Source of the DNA: a virus
Lineage: Duplodnaviria > Caudoviricetes
Reading direction: 5' to 3' (one strand)
DNA: 64,000 nt
Virus record (IMG/VR): IMGVR_UViG_3300037067_004487
Coordinates: 697-64,696 of that record
Both the position numbers and the translations under genes were made by a program. The notes beneath the pieces were generated by a model. That model was not told where the DNA came from. It was given only the letters and a program-made list of their open reading frames with translations, and did no database searches. Below, piece by piece: positions 63,354-64,000 of the stretch; within the stretch, counting starts at the first letter, position 1; the number at the start of each line of letters is the position of its first letter.

Positions 63354-63942
63354 GATTGCTCTCCTTATTCGAATCACAGCCCTGCGCGCAAGACTGTGAT
63401 TTGGCCCCTCTTGCGAGGGCTGTTGCAGCACGTCCTTTGCGTACCCCGGCGCTATGCCGCGGTGTGTGCTGCTGCTGGCGTCTCCCGGTTGCACCGGCTC
63501 CAGCTTCTCGGCTCAGACGCTTGTCCCACCTGGGGCGCCCGCTGCCTTGATGCCCTTCCCGTTTTTGGCTGGCATCGCCTCACCCGCTGCTCTCGTCGCG
63601 GTTCACGCCCTGCCATCAGAGGCCCGGGGGTCAACGCAGTCGAATGTGATGGGCGGGCCGGGCTTGATTCCGACTACGAATCTCAGAGCAACTAGAAATT
63701 CGTGACTTATGCCATGCCGTCATGTTTGCTCTGCAACATGGCCGAAAAAAAGGTGCAGCCCCTTCGCTGCCGCCGCCCATCACATTCCACTGCTCAACCT
63801 TTTAAGGTGCCTTGACGGCCCCGGCGCGATCACCTGTAGGCCCATGCGCAACCTGGCGGGGAACTTCCCCTGCACCCCCTCCTGCCTCGACTCGGTTAGC
63901 CCTCGGATCGCTTGGGCTGGGTGGTTTGTTGCTCTGGGTTGG

Positions 63943-63983
63943 ATTCTGTCGAAAAGCTAGATTGATGTCAAGCGTTTCGCTAG
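63943..63983 (-). promoter_or_regulatory. PL promoter with OL operators
   Basis: TTGACA(63966-63971)-N17-CAGAAT(63943-63948) on the minus strand; operators at 63946-63960 and 63969-63983 match the OR consensus. Confidence 0.82.
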
Positions 63984-64000
63984 ATTAAGATAAATTTCGC

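Overview
The window is almost the whole genome of one GC-rich temperate phage with a lambdoid layout. It has a P22-like portal, an N4-gp56/DUF4043-like major capsid protein and a short-tailed podovirus-type virion module. A betaproteobacterial host is an inference. The phage is in its excised, circularly permuted form: an intact attP (3' part of tRNA-Leu CAA) lies beside the integrase at about 50.2 kb. OR/PR/cI are at the window start and a matching OL/PL is at the window end, so the ends are nearly adjacent on the circle, with an unseen piece between them. Gene order is immunity, replication/nin region, an IS1595-family element with cargo, terminase/portal/head, tail and ejection proteins, lysis, attP/int/xis and the leftward early operon. 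The ejection proteins include a 3,728-aa polyvalent protein, the lysis cassette contains a DUF2829/Tad2-like gene, and the early operon holds small genes, a C5 methyltransferase, exonucleases, RecT and tRNAs. The most notable observations: (1) a 1.4-kb dual-coded C5-methyltransferase locus whose two same-strand frames share one Shine-Dalgarno sequence; (2) an aadA-type integron attC site in the early region; (3) a tRNA-Tyr, an anticodon-less tRNA mimic and a structured ncRNA in one cluster; (4) a five-copy bipartite late-promoter motif; (5) a TerS-HTH/PD-(D/E)xK nuclease chimera; (6) an HNH gene coupled to cI that the ORF track misses. All family assignments come from motifs recognised by eye; no database searches were run.
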